Source: Lentisphaerota bacterium (lineage in GTDB: Bacteria > Verrucomicrobiota > Kiritimatiellia > RFP12 > UBA1067). From it: a DNA stretch of 64,000 nucleotides. Location: positions 17,275-81,274 of the forward strand of contig SUWC01000004.1 in assembly GCA_015061665.1 (NCBI GenBank). Reading direction: 5' to 3'. The translations under genes were made by a program, and so were the position numbers. Under the pieces are notes generated by a model. The model was given only the letters and a program-made list of their open reading frames with translations, did not search any database and was not told the origin of the DNA. Numbering within the stretch: position 1 is the first letter of the stretch; every line of letters begins with the position of its first letter. Positions 46,802-55,318 of this stretch are shown here, piece after piece.

Positions 46802-47979
46802 ACGAGGGCCTTTGCGATTACATCCGCGGCCTCGTCGATGATTTCGGTCGTATGCGCGGCGGTTACGCTGGTGCGGATCAGAGCGGCGCCCTCGGGTGTT
46901 GCAGGCGGAATGAACGGATTCACGAACACGCCTTCGTCGAACATCTTCCTTGCGGCCGCGCATGTCTCGTACGTGCCGCCAGCCTGTATCGGTATTATCG
47001 GCGTGAAGCGGCGCATGGCAGGCTCCAGCACCGGCAACCCGCGCGACGCGAACGCAGTGCGCGTGTATTCGGATATCGAACGCAGCTTCGCCACAAGCTC
47101 TGGATGCTGCTTCAGGTATCTCACCGCGGCGAGCGCTGCTGCCGCGCTCGCGGGAGGCACCGAGGCGGAGAACACGAACGGGTAGGACGAATGGCGCAGG
47201 AAGTCGATTACCTCGCGCTTCCCGGCCGCAAAGCCGCCGAGCGAGGCGAGGGACTTCGAGAACGTTCCCATGACAAGATCAACGTCCGCGTCAAGTCCGA
47301 AATGCGAAGCCGTGCCGCGTCCGCCCTTTCCGACAACGCCGAGTCCGTGCGCGTCGTCAACCATAACGGCTGCGCCGTACTTCTTCGCCAGTGCGCAGAT
47401 GTCTGGGAGGTTTGCGATGTCTCCGTCAACGGAGAACACACCGTCCACCACAACAAGCGCCCCCGAGCCGGACGGAACCGAGGCGAGGCGCGCCTCGAGC
47501 CCCGCCATGTCGTTGTGCTTGAAGCGGAGCATCTTGCCGAGGCACATGCGGGCCGCCGAATAGATGCTCGCGTGGTTGTCGACGTCGCAGACAAGATAGT
47601 CGTGGCGGCCTACGAGCGCGCTTATGACGCCGAGGTTCGTCTGGAAGCCGGTGCCGAACGTTATCGCGTCCTCCTTGCCGACGAAGTCCGCGAGCTCGCG
47701 CTCGAGTTCGAGGTGGAGGTCGAGCGTGCCGTTGAGGAAGCGCGAGCCGGAGCAGCCAGTACCATACTTCTCGACCGCCTTGACGGCAGCCTCCACGACT
47801 TCCGGACATGTCGTGAGTCCAAGGTAGTTGTTGGAGCCAAGCATGATGCGGCGCTTGCCCTCCATCACCACGACGGCGTCCTGTCTGGACTCAAGCCGAT
47901 GGAAATACGGATAGACCCCTGCCCTGCGTGCGTCCTCCGCACGCGTGTCGGCCACGCATTTTTCAAATACCTGCTTCAT
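46795..47979 (-). CDS. PLP-dependent alpha-oxoamine synthase (serine palmitoyltransferase / KBL / BioF family; SPT-like)
   Basis: Start at ATG 47979 (MKQVFEK, SD AAGGGGG). Motifs IMLGSNNYLGL, GSRFLNGT, VMVDDAHG, the Lys motif GTFSKS, and IPPATPEGAALIRTSVTAAHT. Confidence 0.9.
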   Translation of the reverse strand: MKQVFEKCVADTRAEDARRAGVYPYFHRLESRQDAVVVMEGKRRIMLGSNNYLGLTTCPEVVEAAVKAVEKYGTGCSGSRFLNGTLDLHLELERELADFVGKEDAITFGTGFQTNLGVISALVGRHDYLVCDVDNHASIYSAARMCLGKMLRFKHNDMAGLEARLASVPSGSGALVVVDGVFSVDGDIANLPDICALAKKYGAAVMVDDAHGLGVVGKGGRGTASHFGLDADVDLVMGTFSKSLASLGGFAAGKREVIDFLRHSSYPFVFSASVPPASAAAALAAVRYLKQHPELVAKLRSISEYTRTAFASRGLPVLEPAMRRFTPIIPIQAGGTYETCAAARKMFDEGVFVNPFIPPATPEGAALIRTSVTAAHTTEIIDEAADVIAKALVC

Positions 47980-48003
47980 GTCATACCCCCTTTCGACGAG
48001 AAT

Positions 48004-48012
48004 ATTATACCA
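48004..48012 (-). promoter_or_regulatory. Extended -10 box TGGTATAAT for the four-gene cluster (24 nt to ATG 47979)
   Basis: Forward attatacca at 48004-48012. The ORF-track start at 48015 would place this box inside the coding sequence, so I rejected it. Confidence 0.5.
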
Positions 48013-48039
48013 CAAAAACGTCTATACCACAAAAACGTC
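48006..48039. repeat. Perfect 2 x 17-bp tandem direct repeat tataccacaaaaacgtc overlapping the promoter
   Basis: 48006-48022 and 48023-48039 are identical. Confidence 0.9.
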
Positions 48040-48092
48040 ATGTGTGCAGGCAATGGCTTGACGGGCGACATGTCGCCGCCGCACTCCCTCCG

Positions 48093-48746
48093 CTAAAGCT
48101 CGTTGTCGTCGTCGATTGCGGAGAAGATCGACTCGGCGGTGAGCGGCTCTCCCTTCTTGCGCAGGACGAGGATGCGGCTGATGAGCGCACTCTCGAAGTC
48201 CGTAAGCCTCACGCCGTCCTTGCGGTCCTGGAGAATGCGCAGCAGCTCGTTCGCAGAGACCTTGTACTTGGGCTCGGACTTCTTCATGAACTTGCGGATG
48301 ATGAAAGTGGCCACGGAGGATATCGGACTCAGCACGCCGGCGATGACGCCGTATATCGGGACGACCTTCAGCATGCGGCTGAGGGGGCGCGACGACGCGA
48401 ACAGCTTTGGCATGAACTCGCCGACGTACAGCATCAGCATGGCGGCGCAGAACGACCACACGGCCTGCGCGGACGAGGAATCGGCCAGTATCCTCGCGCA
48501 AAGCGCAGCGGATGCGCTGGAAAAGACAACCGTTCCGACGTTGTTGCCGATGAGGAGCGTGGCGATCGTCCGCGTCATGTCCGAGAGCGCTGACGCAATC
48601 GCGCCTGCGGCCTTGCTTCCCTCGCGCGCGAGGTGCACGACGCGTCCGCGGTTGAGCGAGAGGAAGCCTGTCTCCATCCCCGCGCAGAGCGCGGCGAGGG
48701 CGAGCGAGGCAAGCATGGCAAGCGCGAGAAGGATTGAGACCATCAT
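48093..48746 (-). CDS. DUF21 (CNNM transmembrane domain) protein lacking CBS/CorC modules
   Basis: 217 aa: CAGMETGFLSLNR...LLIGNNVGTV. ATGA-type overlap with the upstream CNNM gene. Confidence 0.7.
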   Translation of the reverse strand: MMVSILLALAMLASLALAALCAGMETGFLSLNRGRVVHLAREGSKAAGAIASALSDMTRTIATLLIGNNVGTVVFSSASAALCARILADSSSAQAVWSFCAAMLMLYVGEFMPKLFASSRPLSRMLKVVPIYGVIAGVLSPISSVATFIIRKFMKKSEPKYKVSANELLRILQDRKDGVRLTDFESALISRILVLRKKGEPLTAESIFSAIDDDNEL

Positions 48747-50008
48747 CTGTTCTCCTCCTCCGTCTTCTCAACCGCCTCGTCGGTCTCGGCAATCAGCTCG
48801 TCGTCGGTATCCGTCTCGGGATACTTGAGGACTTCGAGCTTCACGAGCGTCACCCTCCTGCGTCGGCGCTTGAGGATAGTCGCGCGGCATCCGTCCGCCT
48901 CGATCTCCTGTCCGACATGCGGAATGCGCTCGGCGTGCGAGGCGATCCAGCCGGCAAGGCGGTCGGCATCCTCCGCTTCGAGCTCGATTCCGAGCTCGCG
49001 GTTGATCTCGTCCAGGGACGCGCGCGCGTCGATCTTCCAGGTGCGAGGCGCGATCCTCGCTATGACCGGCTCGTCCCTGCGGTCGCCGAACACGCTCGGC
49101 CCGACGACGAGCTCCATGATGTCGTTGGGCGTTATGATGCCTGCGGTGCCGCCGTATTCGTCGAGCACGATCGCCATGGGCTTGCCGGACTTCCTGAATG
49201 TTATCGCGAGGTCGTCGAGGGTGACCTGCTCTGGCACGAAAAGCGCATCCTCGATATGCCCGGTGTCGCGGTCGATTATTCCCTCGATGGCGTCGGGCGA
49301 ACGCCTGAAGACGGGAAGGTAGCGGTGGCGCGCCTTTGCGAGCGTCGCGGAGCGGACGGAGTCAGGATAGTCGCAGTCGAGACCCTCCATGTCCACGCGC
49401 GGCGTCATCTCGTCGTTTGCGTGAAGTTCCGATAGGCGCAGCACGCCCTCGATCATCTCCGCGTCGGCCGCGGCAAAATCGCCGCTCTCCGCGGCGGACT
49501 CCAGGACCGAGACGAGCTCCGCGTCGGAAAGCGCGCGGCGTTCGCGCTCAAGGGCGGGCGCGAATGCGCGGGAGGAGAATCGGAAAGCCAGGTTGAACGG
49601 GGTGAGGAGCGCGCGCCAGAAGAGGAGCAATGCCGCGCACGGCGGGGCGAGGCGCTCCGCGTTGCGAAGCGCGATCTGCTTCGGGGTTATCTCGCCGAAG
49701 ACGAGCAGCAGCGCAGTTATGACCGGAACCGCCGCGACGCCGCCCCACGTCGGAAAGGCGCGGTCGAACAGCTTGTAGCCGAGAGTCGCGATCGCGAAGT
49801 TGACGAGCGTGTTGCCGACGAGAAGCGTCGAAAGGAGCATCGCGGAATCGCCGATGCACCGCGATATCCTGCGGTCGGCGCGGGCGCTGCGCGATCGGAT
49901 GCGCGCGCGCTGCGCGTCGGTGAGCGAAAAAAGAAGAGTCTCGGCGCCTGAGAAGAACGCCGAGAGCGCGAACAGAAAAACCTCGCCGACTGCCAGAAGC
50001 CAGAGCAT
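48743..50008 (-). CDS. CNNM/HlyC-CorC family protein (DUF21 + CBS pair + CorC_HlyC)
   Basis: 421 aa: FFSGAETLLFSL, LLVGNTLVN, a CBS-like middle region, and the C-terminal GWIASHAERIPHVGQEIEADG. Confidence 0.85.
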   Translation of the reverse strand: MLWLLAVGEVFLFALSAFFSGAETLLFSLTDAQRARIRSRSARADRRISRCIGDSAMLLSTLLVGNTLVNFAIATLGYKLFDRAFPTWGGVAAVPVITALLLVFGEITPKQIALRNAERLAPPCAALLLFWRALLTPFNLAFRFSSRAFAPALERERRALSDAELVSVLESAAESGDFAAADAEMIEGVLRLSELHANDEMTPRVDMEGLDCDYPDSVRSATLAKARHRYLPVFRRSPDAIEGIIDRDTGHIEDALFVPEQVTLDDLAITFRKSGKPMAIVLDEYGGTAGIITPNDIMELVVGPSVFGDRRDEPVIARIAPRTWKIDARASLDEINRELGIELEAEDADRLAGWIASHAERIPHVGQEIEADGCRATILKRRRRRVTLVKLEVLKYPETDTDDELIAETDEAVEKTEEENR

Positions 50009-50334
50009 CAGAAGTGCTTGACCTTCGGCGCGAAGCCTTTCGCCTCTTCGGGGGACATCCTTGCGAACGCCATGACGATGAGCCTGTCGCCGACCTTGCC
50101 CTTGTGGGCCGCAGCGCCGTTGAGGCAGCAGACGTGGCTTCCGCGGCGTCCTTCGATCGCGTAGGTCTCGAAGCGGTTGCCGTTCTCGACGTCAGCGCAG
50201 AGGATCTTCTCGAACGGAAGGATGCCAACTGCCTCCATGTCGTCGGGGTCGAGCGAAAGCGAGCCTTCGTAGTCAAGGCAGGCTTCGGTGACCCTGATGC
50301 GGTGGAGCTTGGACTTAAGAATCTCGATTTCCAT
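50008..50334 (-). CDS. panD: Aspartate 1-decarboxylase
   Basis: MEIEILKSKLHRIRVTEACLDYEGSLSLD (a Gly-Ser self-cleavage site). I prefer the ATG at 50334 over the TTG at 50352. Confidence 0.9.
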   Translation of the reverse strand: MEIEILKSKLHRIRVTEACLDYEGSLSLDPDDMEAVGILPFEKILCADVENGNRFETYAIEGRRGSHVCCLNGAAAHKGKVGDRLIVMAFARMSPEEAKGFAPKVKHF

Positions 50335-50335
50335 T

Positions 50336-51607
50336 TCAAACACCCTTTTCAAGGCGCTCCTTGATGGTTTCCCTGGTCACGACGACCTTCTTCATCTCCG
50401 AGTTGCCCGGCGCGTCGAACATGACGTCCATCATCAGACGCTCCATCTCGGCGCGGAGTCCGCGCGCGCCCGTCTTGCGGCGAAGAGCAGCCTTCGCGAG
50501 TTCGCGCAGGGCGTCCTTCTCGAACGACAGCTCGACGCCGTCCATCGAAAGGAGCTTCTGGTACTGGCGCACGATCGAGTTCCTGGGCTCTGTCAGAACG
50601 CGCACAAGGTCGTCCTCGGAAAGCTCCTGCATCGTCGTGATGACGGGGAGTCGTCCCGTGAACTCGGGGATCAGGCCGAACTTGACGAGGTCCTCGGGAC
50701 GCACGTCGAGCGGGGCAGAGGACTTGGACTCGCCGTCACTGGACTTGGCTCCGCCCTTTTCCGCGTCCTCGTTGCGGAAGCCGATGGTGCGCTTGTCGGC
50801 GCGAGAGGCCACGATCTTGTCCAGCCCGACGAACGCGCCGCCGCAGATGAAAAGGATATTGGACGTGTCGACCTCGATGTACTCCTGGTCGGGGTGCTTG
50901 CGACCGCCCTTCGGGGGGATGCGGCACGTCGTGCCCTCGACGATCTTCAGGAGGGCCTGCTGGACGCCTTCGCCGGAAACGTCGCGGGTGATGGAAACGT
51001 TGTCCGTCTTCGACGCGATCTTGTCGATTTCGTCGACGTAGATGATGCCGCGCTTTGCGAGCTCGACGTTGCCGTCAGCGTTCTGGAGGAGGTAGCGGAC
51101 CAGGTTCTCCACGTCTTCGCCGACGTAGCCGGCCTGCGTGAGCACCGTGGCGTCGCCGATTGCGAACGGAACGCCAAGCATCTTCGCCAAGGTCTTCGCG
51201 AGAAGCGTCTTGCCCGTTCCCGTGGGGCCGATGAGCAGGATGTTGGACTTCTCGATCTCGACGTCGTCGAACTTTCCGCCGTCGGACGCCTTGCGCCCCT
51301 TGGCGCCTGCGGACTTCTCAGCCGCCTCAAGGCGACGGTAATGGTTGTGGACTGCGACGGAAAGGACCTTCTTGGTCTCGTCGTGCCCTATCACGTACTT
51401 GTCGAGGAAAGCCTTGATCTCGCGCGGAGTGGGCGTAGGAGGGAGCTTGGGGACGGCGGGGGACGCCTTCTTCTCGGCCTTCTTGATCATCTCGTTCGCC
51501 TGCTGCACGCAGTCGACGCAGATGTTGCCGTCAACGCCTGGAAGGACGGGGACCTCGCGCGAGGAGCGTCCGCAGAACGAACATGTCAGGTCGGATTCTT
51601 TTCTCAT
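50336..51607 (-). CDS. clpX: ATP-dependent Clp protease ATP-binding subunit ClpX
   Basis: N-terminal zinc motif CSFCGR...C..C, Walker [19 protein letters not shown]. Confidence 0.97.
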   Translation of the reverse strand: MRKESDLTCSFCGRSSREVPVLPGVDGNICVDCVQQANEMIKKAEKKASPAVPKLPPTPTPREIKAFLDKYVIGHDETKKVLSVAVHNHYRRLEAAEKSAGAKGRKASDGGKFDDVEIEKSNILLIGPTGTGKTLLAKTLAKMLGVPFAIGDATVLTQAGYVGEDVENLVRYLLQNADGNVELAKRGIIYVDEIDKIASKTDNVSITRDVSGEGVQQALLKIVEGTTCRIPPKGGRKHPDQEYIEVDTSNILFICGGAFVGLDKIVASRADKRTIGFRNEDAEKGGAKSSDGESKSSAPLDVRPEDLVKFGLIPEFTGRLPVITTMQELSEDDLVRVLTEPRNSIVRQYQKLLSMDGVELSFEKDALRELAKAALRRKTGARGLRAEMERLMMDVMFDAPGNSEMKKVVVTRETIKERLEKGV

Positions 51608-52209
51608 TACGCTTCAATGACCTTGTCGATTAGTCCCCAGTCCTTCGCCTCCGCCGCGGACATGAAGTGGTCGCGGTCGGTATCGCGAACGACCTCGTCG
51701 AGGCTCCTGCCGGAGTGCTTTGCGAGTATCTCGTTGAGCTTTGCCTTGAGGCGGAGGATTTCGCGGGCCGTGATCTCGATGTCGCTCGCCTTGCCCTCGG
51801 CGCCGCCCCACGGCTGGTGGATCATTATGCGGGCGTTTGGGAGCGAGTGGCGCAGCCCCGCGCGGCCGGCCGTAAGCAGAACGGCGCCCATGGAGGCGGC
51901 CTGCCCGATGCAGTAGGTCGCGACGGGGCACTTGATGAACTGCATCGTGTCGTAGATCGCCAGGCCCGCCGTGACGGACCCGCCAGGCGAGTTGATGTAG
52001 ACGTCGATCTGCTTCTTCGGGTCCTGCGACTGGAGGAAAAGCAGCTGCGCCACGACGGCGTTTGCCATCTCGTCGTTGACTTCACCGGAGATGAACACGA
52101 TTCGGTCCAGCAGAAGGCGCGAGTAGATGTCGTAAGACCTTTCGCCCTTGCCGGTCTGCTCTACGACGTAGGGAATAAGATAGCTGCTTGCCATGGCGCT
52201 TTGCTCCAT
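51607..52209 (-). CDS. clpP: ATP-dependent Clp protease proteolytic subunit ClpP
   Basis: [39 protein letters not shown]. An alternative start is at ATG 52194. Confidence 0.95.
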   Translation of the reverse strand: MEQSAMASSYLIPYVVEQTGKGERSYDIYSRLLLDRIVFISGEVNDEMANAVVAQLLFLQSQDPKKQIDVYINSPGGSVTAGLAIYDTMQFIKCPVATYCIGQAASMGAVLLTAGRAGLRHSLPNARIMIHQPWGGAEGKASDIEITAREILRLKAKLNEILAKHSGRSLDEVVRDTDRDHFMSAAEAKDWGLIDKVIEA

Positions 52210-52225
52210 TTCCTGTAGTTGCCGA

Positions 52226-53410
52226 TTACTTCTCGCTGGAGGCGATGATCAGGTCGATTACCTTGCGGCCCTTGTCCTTGTCGTCCTCGGCGATGCCCTC
52301 TGCCTTCGCAATGGCGTCGATGATGTACCAGAGGCGGACCTGGCGCGCGGCGTTCTCCTGGGCGTCGGCGTAGATCTTCTCGCGGTTCTTCTCGAAATAC
52401 TCGGCGTTGAGGCCAGAATACTGCGCGCGCTCGGCGAGCTGCTGGAGGATGCCGTCCGCCGTGCGGGAGACCTGCGAGCCGGGGACCGCGAAGTCGGCGC
52501 CCTTGAGGATCTGCTCGACCGCCTCGTTCTCGCGGCGGGTCTTCTCGTCCTCGTCTGCGCGCTTCTGCATGGCCTCGCGCGTCGTCTCGCGCATCTTGTC
52601 CATCGACTCGACCTTCGCCCTCTCGATGAGCTCGGCGTCGGTCGGGAGAATGCGGCGGCGCAGGCCCTTGAGCGTCACGGTGTAGACCGCTTCCTTGCCC
52701 TTGAGGGGCTCCGGGGCGGCCTCGGGGTGGAACTTGGCGTTCACGCCCTCCTTCGTCTCACCGATCTTCATGCCCTTGACGGCGTCGATGATCTCGGGGA
52801 GGAAGCGGCCCTCCTCCATCTGGAACCAGAATCCCGTGCCCTGCGCGACGATCTTGGCGTCAGGCGCAATCTCGAGGATGGACTTGCCGTCGATCGTGCC
52901 GGAGTAGTCGATCTGGACGAAATCGCCGTCGGAAGCGGCCTCGCCCTCCTTGGCGTCCTCGAACTTGGCGTACGCCGCGCGGATCGCCTCGATGCGCTCG
53001 TTGAGCATCTCGTCCGTCACCTTGACGTCGTTGGACGCAATCTTGAGCCCCTTGTACTTGGGGAGGTCGAACGTCGGCTTGACCTCGATGACTGCCGTGA
53101 AGCCGCCGCCCTCGGACGTGCAGGTGATGTCGCGCACGTCGGCGATCGCGACCTCTTCGATCTTCTCCGCCTTGACGGCCTCGGCGATGTTGCGCTGGAA
53201 GACGGTGCGCTTGACCTCGTTCTCGATTCCGTCGGCGAACTCCTTGCGGACGAGCGCCAAAGGCACCTTGCCACGGCGGAAGCCAGGGATCTGGACCTCG
53301 CGGACAAAGGCCTTTTCTACATCCTTTATTATCTTCTGGGCTTCCTCGGCGTCAAGAGTGACGGTAAGCTCAACCTGGCACTTCTCCATGCCCTTGCTTT
53401 CGGTCTTCAT
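52226..53410 (-). CDS. tig: Trigger factor
   Basis: 394 aa: [16 protein letters not shown], an FKBP-like middle region, and a position upstream of clpP-clpX. Confidence 0.9.
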   Translation of the reverse strand: MKTESKGMEKCQVELTVTLDAEEAQKIIKDVEKAFVREVQIPGFRRGKVPLALVRKEFADGIENEVKRTVFQRNIAEAVKAEKIEEVAIADVRDITCTSEGGGFTAVIEVKPTFDLPKYKGLKIASNDVKVTDEMLNERIEAIRAAYAKFEDAKEGEAASDGDFVQIDYSGTIDGKSILEIAPDAKIVAQGTGFWFQMEEGRFLPEIIDAVKGMKIGETKEGVNAKFHPEAAPEPLKGKEAVYTVTLKGLRRRILPTDAELIERAKVESMDKMRETTREAMQKRADEDEKTRRENEAVEQILKGADFAVPGSQVSRTADGILQQLAERAQYSGLNAEYFEKNREKIYADAQENAARQVRLWYIIDAIAKAEGIAEDDKDKGRKVIDLIIASSEK

Positions 53411-53448
53411 GTGTAGTTTTCTCCTTGAATTGAAAATTCGAATAAACT

Positions 53449-53457
53449 ATTTTATCA
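53449..53457 (-). promoter_or_regulatory. Extended -10-like box TGATAAAAT upstream of tig (leader contains AAGGAG)
   Basis: Forward attttatca at 53449-53457. Confidence 0.35.
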
Positions 53458-53501
53458 TAAACGGAGGGGAAAATGGGAAAAAAGTGACGGACCGGGGGTC
53501 G

Positions 53502-55181
53502 TCACTTGATGCCCGCAAGGGTCTCCGCTATGTTGAGGTAGTAGGCGCGCACCCTGGCGTAGGCGTTGATGATGTCCAGCTCGCCGAGAACCCGCAGAGG
53601 CGAGCCCGAGTCGTCCGGGCCTATCCTGCCCAGCTGCGTCCTGCGGCATTCGCGCGAGAAGTCGTGCAGCTCGTGGGACTCGACGCGCAGCGCCGAAATG
53701 TCGATCACGGGGCGCGGGGAGCGGATCCACGGCGAGACCTTGTTGACGAAGGCCTCTATGCCGTCGTGGAGCTTGAGAATAAGGGTTTTGGAGGCTTCCG
53801 ACATCGTCTGGCCCTCGCGGCGCAGGCGCCTTACGACCTTGATGACCTGCGCGGCCTCGTCGGACGCCGACTCCAGCTCGTCCGTGATTCGCAGAAGCCT
53901 GCGCGAGCGGTTGGCGACGGACTCCGGCAGGCGCTTCTTCATGACGGAGCCCAGGTACTCCGTCACCTCGCGCTGGACGTTGTCGAGGACGTCCTCTCGG
54001 TGGATGATGTGGCGCTCGGTGTCTTCGTCCGCCTCGCCTGTCAATACCTTGCGCAGGCACGCGAAGAGGTCTATGTTGGAGTCGCGCATGAACTGCACCT
54101 CGATGAGCGCAAGGTCGCACGCGACGATCGGCGAGATGGTGCCGGACTTCAGGACCGACAGGTGGGGCTTCTCGTCCTCGGGCTGCGGGATGAGCTTCTC
54201 GACGAGGGCCACGAACGGCTTCGCGAGCGGGATGAAGAGGAGTCCGCGCAGGACGGAGAATATGGTGTCCGTCACCGCGATCGGCGCCATGACGCCGAGC
54301 AGCATGGGCCCCTTCGCCGTCTCGGTAACCGCGTTCCAGCCGGGGAAGAGCACCTGCCCGAGCGGGACGAGGACGTAGAGCCCGATAGGGAGGAACAGCA
54401 CCGAGCCGATGAGGTTGGAGAGGGTATGGGAAAGCGCGGTGCGCTTCGCGGCGGCCGTGGAGCCGATGGCGGCGAGCCACGCGGTCATGGTAGTGCCGAC
54501 GTTCGCGCCGAAAAGGACCGCTATAGCCATCTCGTACGTGATGAGCTGCTGGGAGGCGAGCGTCATGCCGATGGCGATGGACGCGGCGGAACTCTGTATC
54601 GCTGCGGTGAATATGGCCGCAACGAGCGCAACGAGCGCGAAGCCGCCGAACGAGGACGCGGACATGCGGGCGAACGCCTGCTGCATGGAGGGGTTCTGCC
54701 TTATGGGCATCACGCCCTTGGACATGAAGTACATCCCGAGGAAGACAAGACCGAGGCCCAGCATCGCGAAGCCGAGGTTGTGGGGACGCTCCTTGCGCGT
54801 GAAGAAGTAGAGGAGCCCGCCGAAGCCGAGACCGATGAGGCCGAGAATCTGCGGATCGGGCGCAAACGCCACGATCCAGACAGTCGCCGTCGTGCCGATG
54901 TTCGCGCCGATGATGACGTTGAAGGCCTGCTGCAGCGTCATGAAGCCCGAGGAGACGAAGCTGACGAGCATGACCGTTATGACCGAGGAGGACTGGACCA
55001 GAATCGTTGAGACGATGCCCGTTCCGACGCCGGCCGCGCGCCGTGTGGTCGCGAAGGACATAAAGCTCCTCAGCCCATGTCCGGCGACCGCCTGAAGTCC
55101 TTCGGAAAGGTTCTTCATGCCGAGGAGGAATATCCCCAGGCCGCCAAGGACCGTCACGATCACCATGATGATGTCATTCAT
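53502..55181 (-). CDS. Na+/phosphate cotransporter family protein with PhoU-like C-terminal domain
   Basis: 559 aa: GGLGIFLLGMKNLSEGLQ, ILVQSSSVITVMLV, IGANIGTT (duplicated), and a helical C-terminal half. Confidence 0.85.
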   Translation of the reverse strand: MNDIIMVIVTVLGGLGIFLLGMKNLSEGLQAVAGHGLRSFMSFATTRRAAGVGTGIVSTILVQSSSVITVMLVSFVSSGFMTLQQAFNVIIGANIGTTATVWIVAFAPDPQILGLIGLGFGGLLYFFTRKERPHNLGFAMLGLGLVFLGMYFMSKGVMPIRQNPSMQQAFARMSASSFGGFALVALVAAIFTAAIQSSAASIAIGMTLASQQLITYEMAIAVLFGANVGTTMTAWLAAIGSTAAAKRTALSHTLSNLIGSVLFLPIGLYVLVPLGQVLFPGWNAVTETAKGPMLLGVMAPIAVTDTIFSVLRGLLFIPLAKPFVALVEKLIPQPEDEKPHLSVLKSGTISPIVACDLALIEVQFMRDSNIDLFACLRKVLTGEADEDTERHIIHREDVLDNVQREVTEYLGSVMKKRLPESVANRSRRLLRITDELESASDEAAQVIKVVRRLRREGQTMSEASKTLILKLHDGIEAFVNKVSPWIRSPRPVIDISALRVESHELHDFSRECRRTQLGRIGPDDSGSPLRVLGELDIINAYARVRAYYLNIAETLAGIK

Positions 55182-55207
55182 GCAGTATGCTCCATTGATG
55201 AATTGAT

Positions 55208-55216
55208 ATTATATCA
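55208..55216 (-). promoter_or_regulatory. Extended -10 box TGATATAAT for the Na/Pi transporter (26-nt leader with GGAG)
   Basis: Forward attatatca at 55208-55216. Confidence 0.45.
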
Positions 55217-55303
55217 TTATTGTCGCCTGCGGGACAAGGGCGCAGCCTCCGCGCCATTTTTCCGGCTCATTTTCGGCCCCCAATAGCCATCCCACCCCTT
55301 TTT

Positions 55304-55312
55304 TGCTATAAT
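55304..55312 (+). promoter_or_regulatory. Extended -10 box TGCTATAAT, 6 nt upstream of ATG 55319 (leaderless-type)
   Basis: ttTGCTATAATagggacATG. Confidence 0.5.
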
Positions 55313-55318
55313 AGGGAC

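Noticed and set aside
46795-47979. Annotating the alpha-oxoamine synthase simply as BioF because a BioH-like gene is in the window.
   Set aside because: The gene is 23 kb from the BioH-like gene. It is translationally coupled to UbiA, radical SAM and lipid-kinase genes, and it carries SPT-like motifs (GTFSKS, SNNYLGL). BioF remains a formal alternative to be excluded by phylogeny.
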